Assembly (NCBI GenBank): GCA_038254305.1
Contig: JBBSGG010000005.1
Span: 13,044-77,043 of the forward strand
From: Pyrinomonadales bacterium
GTDB lineage: Bacteria; Acidobacteriota; Blastocatellia; Pyrinomonadales; Pyrinomonadaceae
Direction of reading: 5' to 3'
DNA length: 64,000 nucleotides
The translations under genes and the position numbers were made by a program. This document shows positions 1-11,332 of this stretch, in pieces. The notes under the pieces are model-generated. The model ran no database searches. It saw only the letters and a list, made by a program, of their open reading frames with translations, and was not told where the DNA came from. Position 1 is the stretch's first letter. Each line of letters starts with the position of its first letter.

Positions 1-1
1 C

Positions 2-610
2 ATATCAAGTCAGCCGGTAAACCAGCCGCCAGTCTCAAACAGCGTACCCGATAGAAACAAATCCCTTTCAACCACAATTCTCGCAAACGCTCCCGGAACC
101 CGCCCGGTACTTACAAACAACATTTCCGTCTACAATCCGCTTATCAAAAAGACCGGCTCGTCAAGCCCGGTTAATGCGATGGCGTCGCTCGCTGCCGCAA
201 AGATGGCGTACGCCGCTTCGACGTCGATGACGCTGCTTCACGGCATTCAAGCTCGGATGGGCATTCCGTACCTATACGGTTCTTCCGGACCAAACCGCTA
301 CGATTGTTCGGGATTCGTCTGGAGCGTCTTTAACGAAGCCGGTATCGACTTTGCGAGATCAAACGTACGCACGCTATGGGCAATGTCAGAACCGGTCACG
401 GGCGACGAGCGTTTCAAATTCGGCACGCTTATATTTCTTAACGGCCTCGGCCACATGGGAATCGTCGCGGACGATAAAGGTTTTTATCACGCATCATCCA
501 GCCAAGGAATTACATACTCCACCTTCGAAGGTTACTGGGCAAGCCATATCGTCGGATTCCGACGGCTTCCGGCAACCATTGCTCCTTTAGCTATAGCCTC
601 GGCGAAATAA
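2..610 (+). CDS. NlpC/P60 (C40) family cell-wall peptidase, 5' end outside window
   Basis: Frame 2 has no stop from the window edge to the listed Met at 179. YLYGSSGPNRYDCSGFVW ... GHMGIV matches the Cys/His catalytic core of NlpC/P60. Confidence 0.75.
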   Translation: MSSQPVNQPPVSNSVPDRNKSLSTTILANAPGTRPVLTNNISVYNPLIKKTGSSSPVNAMASLAAAKMAYAASTSMTLLHGIQARMGIPYLYGSSGPNRYDCSGFVWSVFNEAGIDFARSNVRTLWAMSEPVTGDERFKFGTLIFLNGLGHMGIVADDKGFYHASSSQGITYSTFEGYWASHIVGFRRLPATIAPLAIASAK

Positions 611-654
611 CAGCTTCTATACCTTAAGCGGCTCGTCGGCCGTTTTCCACTTTC

Positions 655-954
655 TCATTTTCCAATAAAACCCGGTCGGGCATGAGCATCGGCTCTCTCG
701 TACACTGACGCGATCTTTTCGACAGCTATGTATGTCGTGCTGCCGTTCTCGTCACGCAGATAAAGGATTCCTTCTTTTACCTCCGTTACTTCTCCGCGAA
801 ACGTGCCGCTGGTTCCACAGCCAACGTCTACTGTTTTTCCTAAAAGACCAGTCAACAATTTTTCCATAAAAGCATTCAACTCCGACGAAATTTTTTCGAA
901 GGATGATTGTACAGGATTCGATCTGATTTTCCTTCTACCATCGCGTTCGGTCAC
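655..954 (-). CDS. Hypothetical small protein, possibly an Sm-like beta-barrel
   Basis: 99-codon ORF with a GTG start (cac at 952-954). Coding-like composition. No recognisable catalytic motif. Confidence 0.45.
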   Translation of the reverse strand: MTERDGRRKIRSNPVQSSFEKISSELNAFMEKLLTGLLGKTVDVGCGTSGTFRGEVTEVKEGILYLRDENGSTTYIAVEKIASVYERADAHARPGFIGK

Positions 955-989
955 TTTGACAGACTGTCAATCAATTTGAGAAAAACTTG

Positions 990-1018
990 TTGACATATTT
1001 TCAACAAGGTTGTACTTT
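990..1018 (+). promoter_or_regulatory. Putative sigma70-type promoter for the S8 protease gene
   Basis: TTGACA at 990-995, a 17-nt spacer, then TACTTT at 1013-1018, about 100 nt upstream of the ATG at 1119. The -35 box lies inside the palindrome CTTGTTGA-N7-TCAACAAG (986-1008). Confidence 0.35.
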
Positions 1019-1118
1019 GATAAAGACGCGTCGACACCCGGCGTGTATCCAACTTCAACTTTCCTTTCGTCTAAGCCGTAGCTTCAACTCGAGATCCTAA
1101 CCACCTTCGGAGTTTACA

Positions 1119-3035
<1,917 letters not shown>

Positions 3036-3061
3036 AACTGATCAACTTCATGGTATACAAG

Positions 3062-3089
3062 CGGCCGGTTCACCCCGGCCGTTTTTTTT
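3062..3089 (+). terminator. Intrinsic terminator after the S8 protease gene
   Basis: cggccgg-ttcacc-ccggccg hairpin followed by T8. Confidence 0.85.
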
Positions 3090-3547
3090 GCGCTAAAAAA
3101 AGGCTTGGAATATTTTATTTGGCGCATATCGCAAAAAAATCGCGGCCGTGCTGTCTATTATTATTCATCGATATTTTCAACGGGCGGCCTACGATTTATT
3201 TTTGGAATTCCCGCCCATTGACTATGTAGTTAAGTATTCACAATGGATAGGCACGTGTTCTCGTATTGCGAGGTCCGACAACGAGCTACGCAACTGGTAG
3301 GAAGACAACCCTTTAGAGCGAACACGGGCGGCGGAATTTAGAACGTAGCGGCGGGAAGAATTTAGGCAAGAAATATCTTGACAATGATCATTCGTTCTGT
3401 TAAACACTATCTATCCCTAATTTTATTTTCGTTCAGAACTGCGGGTAAAGGTACGTTCACTAGCGAAAATTTGTGGAAATGTTCCACCTTTGGACATTTA
3501 TGCAAAGATCGACTAATGTGCCGCCCGGTTAATTTACAGGAGTTAAA

Positions 3548-4987
3548 ATGATGAACTATCCCCAGGCAAAAGCCTTGAACAAACAATACGTGACCCGATT
3601 TTTTGGATTGCTGGTCTGCCTCGTTGCAGTCGCGATCTCAGCTTCCGCACAGAAGAGCATCTTCGTGCCCGAGGCCATCGGCGTCACCATCGAACAGTGT
3701 GCCAATGGACCGGCAAGCGCCCCGATCCATTGTAACGTCAACACGGCCAATGACGGTTACACCAGAGGTAACCTGATCGCGAGCAAATCCCATTATTTCG
3801 AAGGCGATTCGGTTCCTATCCGGATCGTGGCGGACGGCTTAACGATCGGCACGGCATACACCGTGACAATCGGTTACGATTATACCAAAGGCGGCAAATA
3901 CGCGACCGATTACCTGACCAGCTACAACAGGACGGAATCGGTCCAGAATGATCCGTGTGTCGGCGTTGCCAGTTGCGGCACGCTTACGACCTTTCCAATC
4001 CCTAGTGACCCGCAGGTCGCGCTTGGATTCGACGGCGTGGCCAGTGCCGATGACATTACACAGATTCCCGGCGTCTTCTCGTGCTTCGGCTGCACAATAA
4101 CCAGCACCAGCGGCTATACCCTGAGCGGTTCGACTACTGGTGACAGCTCGAAATCGATAACGCTCTCATTTACGGCAAATTCGACGAGCATCGTTATTGC
4201 TTATGGTTCGCACATTTCAACCCGCGTGGATTGGGGGTTAGCCAACTCGGCTATCAATATCTCGGGTTCGCCGTATCACAACTATATCGTTGATTTTCCG
4301 GGAGCCAACTCTGGTAATCGCGATCTGCAGCTTTCCGCTGAAGCAGTTGTCTTCCCTGCTAGTATCTCGATCACAAAACTCGTGGCTAACAGCCCTGCCT
4401 TTAGCTCGACTCAGCAGTTCTTATTTACGAGCAATAACACAAATGTCGGCACGTTCTCATTGACCGACACTGACCCTTCCCAGTTTGGTGGCGGCTCGAT
4501 CACGCGGTCGGGACTGACAACATTCGGCACGAATATCACGATAACGGAAGGTCAGATCAATGGTTGGACGCTTTCTGATCTTGTGTGTTCGATAAATAGT
4601 GGCGGAGGCTCGACCGTCGGGACGGCGGTGGCGAATCAGGGAACTCGAACGGTGACGATCAACCTGCAGGAGGGCAATAATGCAGCCTGCACGTTTTCGA
4701 ATACCCAGGCTTTCGTGACTGCTGCACCTGTTTCCGTTTCCGGCCGAGTGGTCGATTGGAGCGGTCGCGGGATCAGCGGAGCACGGATCAACGTCGTGAA
4801 TCCTTCGAACGGTTCGATCAATTCTGTGTTGACCAACGGATTTGGTTATTACACGGTCGACAATCTGCCGGCGGGTGAGTTCTATGTCGTAACGGTGGCT
4901 CACAAGCGGTACACGTTCACCGACGATACGCGAGCGTTGTCGGTGAACGACGACGTCGCCAACATGGATTTCACCGCAAATCCGTAA
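3548..4987 (+). CDS. Secreted hypothetical protein with Ig-like Cys-pair domain and C-terminal CarboxypepD_reg-like domain
   Basis: AGGAG RBS and a signal peptide (VAVAISASAQ). The C-terminus VSVSGRVVD...GFGYYTVDNLPAGEFYVV is typical of the carboxypeptidase-regulatory-like fold. The N-terminal part is not recognised. Confidence 0.7.
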   Translation: MMNYPQAKALNKQYVTRFFGLLVCLVAVAISASAQKSIFVPEAIGVTIEQCANGPASAPIHCNVNTANDGYTRGNLIASKSHYFEGDSVPIRIVADGLTIGTAYTVTIGYDYTKGGKYATDYLTSYNRTESVQNDPCVGVASCGTLTTFPIPSDPQVALGFDGVASADDITQIPGVFSCFGCTITSTSGYTLSGSTTGDSSKSITLSFTANSTSIVIAYGSHISTRVDWGLANSAINISGSPYHNYIVDFPGANSGNRDLQLSAEAVVFPASISITKLVANSPAFSSTQQFLFTSNNTNVGTFSLTDTDPSQFGGGSITRSGLTTFGTNITITEGQINGWTLSDLVCSINSGGGSTVGTAVANQGTRTVTINLQEGNNAACTFSNTQAFVTAAPVSVSGRVVDWSGRGISGARINVVNPSNGSINSVLTNGFGYYTVDNLPAGEFYVVTVAHKRYTFTDDTRALSVNDDVANMDFTANP

Positions 4988-5024
4988 GGCTGTCGGTCAA
5001 ATAGCCTCGAAGAAGGCAATACAA

Positions 5025-5058
5025 CAGGACGCGGAAATGATTTCCGCGTCCTGTTTTT
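5025..5058 (+). terminator. Intrinsic terminator between convergent genes
   Basis: 13-bp perfect stem caggacgcggaaa/tttccgcgtcctg, a 3-nt loop, then T5. Confidence 0.85.
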
Positions 5059-5084
5059 ATTGCCTACGAGTTTATTTGTGGCGA

Positions 5085-6596
5085 TCAGTAGCGGTTCATT
5101 TCTGAAAATCTGCCGGCGGCGGCCCAGCGGCTAGGAGTGTTTCGAGTTGACGTCGGTCGATTCGACGACTTTGTATCGGCAGCAACCGAATGAAGAGCGG
5201 CAGCGATGACGGCAATATCGGTTTCCTCGGTCGAAACTGCCGGTGCTTTCCGACGCTCCATGAACTTTCCTATAAAACCTGTGTCGAGTTTGCCTTCGAT
5301 AAAATCCGCATCTTCCATAACGTCGCGGAAAAATGGGATCGTCGTTTTAATACCGGTAACCTCATACTCGGCGAGAGCCCGCGACATGCGTTCGATCGCC
5401 TGCGTTCGATCGCGGCCGTAGACGGCAAATTTCGAGATCATCGGATCGTAATAGATCGACACCTCTGCACCCGTGTAAACTCCACCGTCGTCGCGAACGC
5501 CCGGACCTTGCGGCAAAGCTAACCGCCCGATCTTTCCTGGCGACGGTAGAAAATTATTTTCCGGGTCTTCGGCATAGATCCGGCATTCGATCGCGTGCCC
5601 GGAGATTCGAACATCGTTCTGCGTAAAGGATAATTTCTCGCCGCACGCCACGCTGATCTGTTCGCGGACGAGATCGATGCCGGTGACCAGCTCCGTGACG
5701 GGATGTTCGACCTGCAGACGCGTATTCATCTCAAGGAAGTAAAAAGATTTATCGAGATCAGAGACGAGAAACTCGACGGTTCCGGCGCCGACGTAATCCA
5801 CTGCTTTTGCGACCATCACGGCGCATGCACCCATCCGGTCGCGCAGGTCCGCGGAATCGAGAGGCGACGGCGCTTCCTCGATCACTTTTTGATGACGGCG
5901 TTGGATCGAACATTCGCGTTCACCGAGATGCACGTGATTGCCGTGCGTATCTGAAAATATCTGGATCTCGATATGCCGCGGCCGCACGATCGCCTTTTCG
6001 ACATATACTGCGTCATCACCGAAACTCGCCATTGCTTCGGATTGCGCGTTTTCGAGAGCGGACCTCAGCTCGTTCTCGGCGCTGACGAGCCGCATACCTT
6101 TTCCGCCGCCTCCGGCTGACGCCTTGAGCATCACCGGATATCCGAAGCGGCCTGCCGTTTCGGCTGCGTCCTCGAACGATCGAAGTGCCTCGGTCGTGCC
6201 CGGAACGACTGGAACACCCGCTTCGATCGCGATTTTGCGTGCGGACATCTTTCCGCCCATCGATTCCATCGCTTCCGGCGGCGGCCCGATAAAGGTGATG
6301 CCGGCGGCAACGACATTTCTAACGAAATCTGAATTCTCCGAAAGAAATCCGTAACCCGGATGAATGGCATCGACACCCGCTGACCGCGCGACGTCGAGGA
6401 TCGTCTCCCATTTTAGATAGCTTTCGCTGGATGGTGCCGGACCAACATTGTATGCCTCATCAGCCATCCGCACGTGCAAAGCGTCGGCATCAGCATCGGA
6501 ATATACAGCCACTGCGATGATCTTAAGTTCGCGGCATGCTCGTATCACGCGGCATGCGATCTCGCCGCGGTTCGCTATCAGGATCTTTTTGAACAT
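5085..6596 (-). CDS. accC: Biotin carboxylase (acetyl/acyl-CoA carboxylase subunit) with C-terminal extension
   Basis: MFKKILIANRGEIACRVIRA N-terminus, ATP-grasp glycine loop GGGGKGMR, and EMNTRLQVEHPVTE. About 50 aa longer than typical AccC. Confidence 0.85.
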   Translation of the reverse strand: MFKKILIANRGEIACRVIRACRELKIIAVAVYSDADADALHVRMADEAYNVGPAPSSESYLKWETILDVARSAGVDAIHPGYGFLSENSDFVRNVVAAGITFIGPPPEAMESMGGKMSARKIAIEAGVPVVPGTTEALRSFEDAAETAGRFGYPVMLKASAGGGGKGMRLVSAENELRSALENAQSEAMASFGDDAVYVEKAIVRPRHIEIQIFSDTHGNHVHLGERECSIQRRHQKVIEEAPSPLDSADLRDRMGACAVMVAKAVDYVGAGTVEFLVSDLDKSFYFLEMNTRLQVEHPVTELVTGIDLVREQISVACGEKLSFTQNDVRISGHAIECRIYAEDPENNFLPSPGKIGRLALPQGPGVRDDGGVYTGAEVSIYYDPMISKFAVYGRDRTQAIERMSRALAEYEVTGIKTTIPFFRDVMEDADFIEGKLDTGFIGKFMERRKAPAVSTEETDIAVIAAALHSVAADTKSSNRPTSTRNTPSRWAAAGRFSEMNRY

Positions 6597-6610
6597 ACAA
6601 AATTTTGCCG

Positions 6611-6901
6611 TTAGACAAGCATCGAATTACCTTGGTTTTTCGGGTCGTAACGCACACCGATCTTCGCGCCAGGTGCATAGCGAAGCGGATCGCGCCGCTG
6701 CTCATCATCGAGCATCTCCGAGGATTCGAAATCAACGCCATTCAGCGTATAGACGTAATAGACGATCTCTTCGCCGCGGCTTGTCGTATCGTTATCGATT
6801 ATTTTCCCGTCTGTTATGCGGCCCTGGGTAAGCAGGAGCCGTTTGCGCTCCGTGTGCGGATCGGTCGTCTCCTTTTTTTTGAACAGCCGGAAAATACCCA
6901 T
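6611..6901 (-). CDS. Hypothetical small protein (DUF3592-like beta-rich pattern)
   Basis: 96-aa ORF co-directional with and tightly spaced to its neighbours. The pattern GKIID...YYVYTLNG...GAKIGVRYDPKNQGNS resembles DUF3592. Confidence 0.45.
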   Translation of the reverse strand: MGIFRLFKKKETTDPHTERKRLLLTQGRITDGKIIDNDTTSRGEEIVYYVYTLNGVDFESSEMLDDEQRRDPLRYAPGAKIGVRYDPKNQGNSMLV

Positions 6902-6903
6902 CG

Positions 6904-7329
6904 CTAATCCATCACCAGCGGCGTTTTGTTGTACCTTGCGCGAAGGTCATTCGCTACAGCCAGTATGACCGGGCGTTTTATTATCCTGGCTTCGAACGGC
7001 CGTTTACCCGGAATATCCATTAAGATAAGGCCGATCAGGATGGTCAGAATTCCCTGTCCCGGTCCGATCAGCATCACGATCCCGGCAAGCACAAGGATCA
7101 CACCGGCGATATTTTTTGCGATGACCGCGCCCCAACGTGTTAGCCACGGAGAGTTCGGCAAAAAATCCGCCTGGTAGTGCGAACTAAAATAATTTTCGGG
7201 AATTTTGACGATCACCAAACCCACGATCAAGCTGCTGCCGACGATCGAAATAATGAACAGCGCCGCGCCAAGCGCCAGCCGGCCCCATGTCAGCGATTCC
7301 GAGAGCCGATGGACCAGATCCGTTATCAC
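6904..7329 (-). CDS. PGPGW-type small integral membrane protein
   Basis: Hydrophobic segments and the IGPGQGILTILIGLILM motif. 4-nt overlap with the upstream gene. Confidence 0.55.
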   Translation of the reverse strand: MITDLVHRLSESLTWGRLALGAALFIISIVGSSLIVGLVIVKIPENYFSSHYQADFLPNSPWLTRWGAVIAKNIAGVILVLAGIVMLIGPGQGILTILIGLILMDIPGKRPFEARIIKRPVILAVANDLRARYNKTPLVMD

Positions 7330-7967
7330 TTCGCTTCAGCGGCCTCCATTTTTTGAAATTCGACCCAGATAAAATACATTCGATGCAGGAAGGTCCAGAG
7401 AGAGCCGACTGCGAGCACCCAAAGAACCTGCGGCATTCGATTGAACAGGAAAAAATCCGACTGCCAATTCCACGTCGACAGCGCACCTATGCTCAGGAGT
7501 ACAATGCGTTCGGGACGCTGAAGAAACCCGACGTTTGCCTTGACGCCAAGCGCCTCGGAACGCGCCGTTGTGTAGCTGACCATTACCGAGCCGATCATTC
7601 CGACGCCTGCGAGCACCACGTTCAGGATCGAATGCTGCGGAGTGTTGCCCGCATAAAAGATCATGATCCCGAAAAACGAAACCATGTCGGATAAACGGTC
7701 GAGCGATGAATCGAGAAAACCGCCGAAGCGTGTTACGTTACCGGTTTGCCTCGCGACGTTACCGTCGAGCATGTCGAAAAGGTTGGCGACGATCAGCACG
7801 ACGCCTGCCCAGAAGAACGCGCCAATGCCGAACAGCACGCCGCACGCTACGTTTATCGTGACACCGATGGCCGTCAGAACATTTGGATGAACCCCTGCAG
7901 ACGCCAGCGCCCGAACCATCGAGTCGATGATCCGCATTGCTCCCCTGCCGATGCTGGCACCTAACAT
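7326..7967 (-). CDS. CDP-alcohol phosphatidyltransferase family protein
   Basis: Signature DMLDGNVARQTGNVTRFGGFLDSSLDRLSD, which fits DG-x2-AR-x8-G-x3-D-x3-D. Multiple TM segments. Confidence 0.8.
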   Translation of the reverse strand: MLGASIGRGAMRIIDSMVRALASAGVHPNVLTAIGVTINVACGVLFGIGAFFWAGVVLIVANLFDMLDGNVARQTGNVTRFGGFLDSSLDRLSDMVSFFGIMIFYAGNTPQHSILNVVLAGVGMIGSVMVSYTTARSEALGVKANVGFLQRPERIVLLSIGALSTWNWQSDFFLFNRMPQVLWVLAVGSLWTFLHRMYFIWVEFQKMEAAEAK

Positions 7968-8007
7968 ATCGCTCGAGATCGGGCACCGCGGCCCATCAAT
8001 TATTGTG

Positions 8008-8484
8008 TTATTGGACGTCCGGTTTATCGTGAATGGTCGTCAAACGCGCGACCTCGAAATTGCGCCAGCCTCCCGGCGTTTTCACCTTGATCTCGTCGCC
8101 CTCTTCTTTTCCCATAAGTGCCTGGCCGATCGGCGATACGGTCGAGATCAATCCGTTTTCGGGATCGCTTTCTTCGGAAGAAACGAGTTTATATGTTACC
8201 TTTTCTTCCTTTTCGACGTCGAACAACACGACGGTCGAACCGTAGGCGGCGCGATCGGTCGGGATCTTCGCGAGGTCGATAGATTCTACCTCGCCGAGGC
8301 GCTGGCGTACCTGCATGATGCGGGCCTGTACAATGGACTGCCGTTCCATCGCCGCCTTATATTCCGCGTTCTCGCGCAGATCGCCGAACTCGCGGGCCTT
8401 TTGTATCTCTTTCGGGAGATGAAAGTGCAGCTCCTCTTCAAGTGAGTCTAGTTCTGCTTTTAATTTCTTTTTGACTGCTTCCAT
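8008..8484 (-). CDS. greA: Transcription elongation factor GreA
   Basis: The listed ORF is trimmed to the internal ATG at 8484 (MEAVKKKLKAEL...), because the longer form overlaps pfk. Motifs: coiled-coil GDLRENAEYKAA and C-terminal SPIGQALMGK. Confidence 0.85.
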   Translation of the reverse strand: MEAVKKKLKAELDSLEEELHFHLPKEIQKAREFGDLRENAEYKAAMERQSIVQARIMQVRQRLGEVESIDLAKIPTDRAAYGSTVVLFDVEKEEKVTYKLVSSEESDPENGLISTVSPIGQALMGKEEGDEIKVKTPGGWRNFEVARLTTIHDKPDVQ

Positions 8485-8501
8485 AAAATTCTGTTTCCAT
8501 A

Positions 8502-9599
8502 CTAGCCGGTCGCGTACAGTTTGGTATTTTTCGGAGCGGCAAACGAGATACCTATATCGCGGGCCGTACGCACAAGCTGGCCGTCGATCGGCACCGTCTT
8601 TATATTCAGGCACGCTTCAGAAAGCGGAGCGGTTACGATCGTTCCCGCCTGAAGTGCGACCATCTTACCGGTCTCGCCGCTGGCGAGTGCCCTCACGGCG
8701 CACGCGCCGAAGTTGGTGCCAAGCATTCGGTCGAATGCGTTCGGACTGCCGCCGCGCTGGAGATGGCCAAGTACTACGCAGCGTGATTCCTTGCCCGTCA
8801 TTTCCTCGACACGCCGACGTACATGATCACCGACGCCGCCCAATCGAAGTTCCGACGAATCCGCGTAGATCTCGCCCTTGCCAAATTCCTTCGCGCCTTC
8901 GGCTATGACAATGTTGGTAAACCGGGACCCGCTTCGTTCGCGCGCGAATACCTTTTTAACGACCGAGTCAAAAGAAAACGGGATCTCGGGTATCAATATC
9001 AGATCCGCACTACCGGCCAGCCCGGCGTGCAGGGCGATCCAGCCCGTATTGCGCCCCATCACTTCGAGGATCATAACGCGATCATGTGATGCGGCCGTTG
9101 TGTGAAGCCGATCGAGTGCTTCGGTCGCGATATCGATCGCCGTCATGAATCCGAAAGTCAGTTCCGTTGCGGCGAGATCGTTATCGATCGTCTTTGGAAC
9201 ACCGATGACCGGAAAGCCGCGTTTGTGAAACTGTTCGGCGATGGCCAGCGTGCCTTCGCCGCCGAGGACGATAAGTGCGTCGATGCCGAGTATATCCAGA
9301 TTAGCCAGCGCCTCGCCGATCGGCATTTCGGGAAACGTCGGCTTGCCGTCGACCATTTTTACGAAGCTGCCGCGGTTGCGAGTGCCGAGAATAGTGCCGC
9401 CGCGCGGCAGAATGCCGCTGACGGTTTTCGTGTCCAGCGTGACCGTCTGTGTCTCGCCCAAAATCCCCTCGAAGCTGTCTTCGATGCCGATGCACTTCAT
9501 TCCGAACTCGCCGATCGCGGTTCTCACAACCGCTCTGATCACTGCGTTTAGCCCGGGTGCGTCGCCGCCGCCGGTTAAAATGCCGATCTGCTTATACAT
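8502..9599 (-). CDS. pfkA: 6-phosphofructokinase (ATP- or PPi-dependent)
   Basis: GILTGGGDAPGLNAVIRAV, GGEGT and PKTIDNDL motifs. Confidence 0.9.
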   Translation of the reverse strand: MYKQIGILTGGGDAPGLNAVIRAVVRTAIGEFGMKCIGIEDSFEGILGETQTVTLDTKTVSGILPRGGTILGTRNRGSFVKMVDGKPTFPEMPIGEALANLDILGIDALIVLGGEGTLAIAEQFHKRGFPVIGVPKTIDNDLAATELTFGFMTAIDIATEALDRLHTTAASHDRVMILEVMGRNTGWIALHAGLAGSADLILIPEIPFSFDSVVKKVFARERSGSRFTNIVIAEGAKEFGKGEIYADSSELRLGGVGDHVRRRVEEMTGKESRCVVLGHLQRGGSPNAFDRMLGTNFGACAVRALASGETGKMVALQAGTIVTAPLSEACLNIKTVPIDGQLVRTARDIGISFAAPKNTKLYATG

Positions 9600-9697
9600 A
9601 AAAAAACGAGTTCGGAGAGCCGGAAATATCTAACTCTAGGAACTCTCAAAATTCTAGAACTTATTAATGATTAGCGCTAGCTTCGCGGTTAAAAAAC

Positions 9698-11332
9698 CTA
9701 CTTCTTCGTGATGTCTTTTTCGGCCGCCTTGCGTGCAATGTCCATCGACTCGATGCCTTTGGCGATCTGAGGATCCGACTCGAGTAGAACTTGGATCCCG
9801 GCCTCGTTCGAGTAGTTTGCGGTTGCCAGTTCTTCGCGAAGACGCATTTTTGCGAAATCGAGCTGATTCGCAAGGTTTTCGCCTAAAAGTCCGTTCGCCT
9901 TGTCGGCAAGGGCGAACGCTCGAAATGCGTCGTAAACCTTGTCCGTAACGGGAAGCTGATTTTTCTGAATGTTGAGGCTCTGGTTCTGCTTGTCGACGCG
10001 GTAAGATTCGAAGCCCGCGATCTTTCCGGCGACGAGCTGCCGGACGAAATAAAACGCGGCATCGTTGATCCTCATGCGAAGCGGGGTGTACTTAAGAGGG
10101 TCGGCTTTAACGTCGGGCTCGATCCCGCGGCCGCCGAAAAGGACACGTCCGTCGGGCATGGTCACCGGACTGCCCACGGGTTTTGGTTTAGGAGCTGCGT
10201 CCGGCTCGTCCGAGTCTTCCTGGCCCTGATGGGTGTAATAATCGTATATCGAACCGCTTGAATAATCCCGCTGCAGGGATCGGCCAAAAGGAGTGTAATA
10301 ACGCGCCGTCGTCAGCGTCAGGCCTGTGTCATAAGGCAGCGGGAAGACGCGCTGGACGAGGCCCTTTCCAAAGCTGTCGGTGCCCACAATGATCCCGCGT
10401 CCGTAATCCTGGATGGCGCCGGCGACGATCTCGGACGCGGACGCCGAACCGCCGTTTATCAGAATTACAAGCGGGAGGTCGTTCGCCTGGCCGCCCGAGG
10501 TTCGCAGCTCCTGTGCATTTGCGTAACGAGAACGACCTTTCACGGACACCACCGTCTTCCCGTCCGGTACGAAACGGCTGACGACGTCGATCGCCTGCGG
10601 AAGCAGACCGCCCGGATTCCCGCGAAGATCCAGCAGCAGTTCCTTCATTCCCTGTTTTTTTAATGCCGAGATCGCATCGTCGAGCTCGGAAGCCGTCGTT
10701 TGCTGAAAGCCTCCGGTCAGGCCGACATAGCCGACGCGGTCGTTCATCATGAAGTAATTTCGAATCGACGGCAGCGGCACACCGGCGCGGACGATCTCGT
10801 ACTCGGTTGGAGTATTCGACGACGCTCGCTCGACCCTAATTTTCACGGACGTTCCGAGCTCACCGCGAACATTCTTCGAAACTTCGGAGCTTGACCATTC
10901 CCGCGCGTCCTTACCGTCGACAGCGACGAGTCGGTCCCCATATCGAAGGCCCGCTTTTTCGGCGGGAGTATTCGGGATCACGGACTGAACGTAAACACCG
11001 TCTCGGTGCTGTAGGATCGAAACGCCGATGCCGTAAAACTGCGAAGACTGTTCCTCGGACAATTTTCTGAACTCGTCGCGCGTAAAAAACGACGAATGCG
11101 GATCGAGCGTCGAGAGCATACTCTGGACGGAAGCCTCGGTCACGCGCTCGTGGTTGACCTTGCCGACGTAATTATTATCGATCACGTCGAGAGCTTCACG
11201 ATAGTCAGCGGTCACTTTCGCGGTAGTCACTTCGCCGTCTGCGGCGCTCGCCTGCAGCCTCCCGAAGGTACCGCCGATAAAGGCACCGAGTACTACTATT
11301 ATTGCTGCACCGAGTGCGAATTTACCTATCAT
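9698..11332 (-). CDS. ctpA: Carboxyl-terminal processing protease (S41) with PDZ domain
   Basis: N-terminal TM segment, PDZ segment (GIGVSI...PAEKAGLRYGDRLVAVDG), and S41 core GGSASASEIVAGAIQDYGRGIIVGTDSFGKG. Confidence 0.85.
   Translation of the reverse strand: MIGKFALGAAIIVVLGAFIGGTFGRLQASAADGEVTTAKVTADYREALDVIDNNYVGKVNHERVTEASVQSMLSTLDPHSSFFTRDEFRKLSEEQSSQFYGIGVSILQHRDGVYVQSVIPNTPAEKAGLRYGDRLVAVDGKDAREWSSSEVSKNVRGELGTSVKIRVERASSNTPTEYEIVRAGVPLPSIRNYFMMNDRVGYVGLTGGFQQTTASELDDAISALKKQGMKELLLDLRGNPGGLLPQAIDVVSRFVPDGKTVVSVKGRSRYANAQELRTSGGQANDLPLVILINGGSASASEIVAGAIQDYGRGIIVGTDSFGKGLVQRVFPLPYDTGLTLTTARYYTPFGRSLQRDYSSGSIYDYYTHQGQEDSDEPDAAPKPKPVGSPVTMPDGRVLFGGRGIEPDVKADPLKYTPLRMRINDAAFYFVRQLVAGKIAGFESYRVDKQNQSLNIQKNQLPVTDKVYDAFRAFALADKANGLLGENLANQLDFAKMRLREELATANYSNEAGIQVLLESDPQIAKGIESMDIARKAAEKDITKK

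Noticed and set aside
3222-3407. 61-aa minus-strand ORF in the long intergenic region.
   Set aside because: No RBS, Ser/Arg-rich composition and no motif. It overlaps the candidate promoter of the downstream plus-strand gene.
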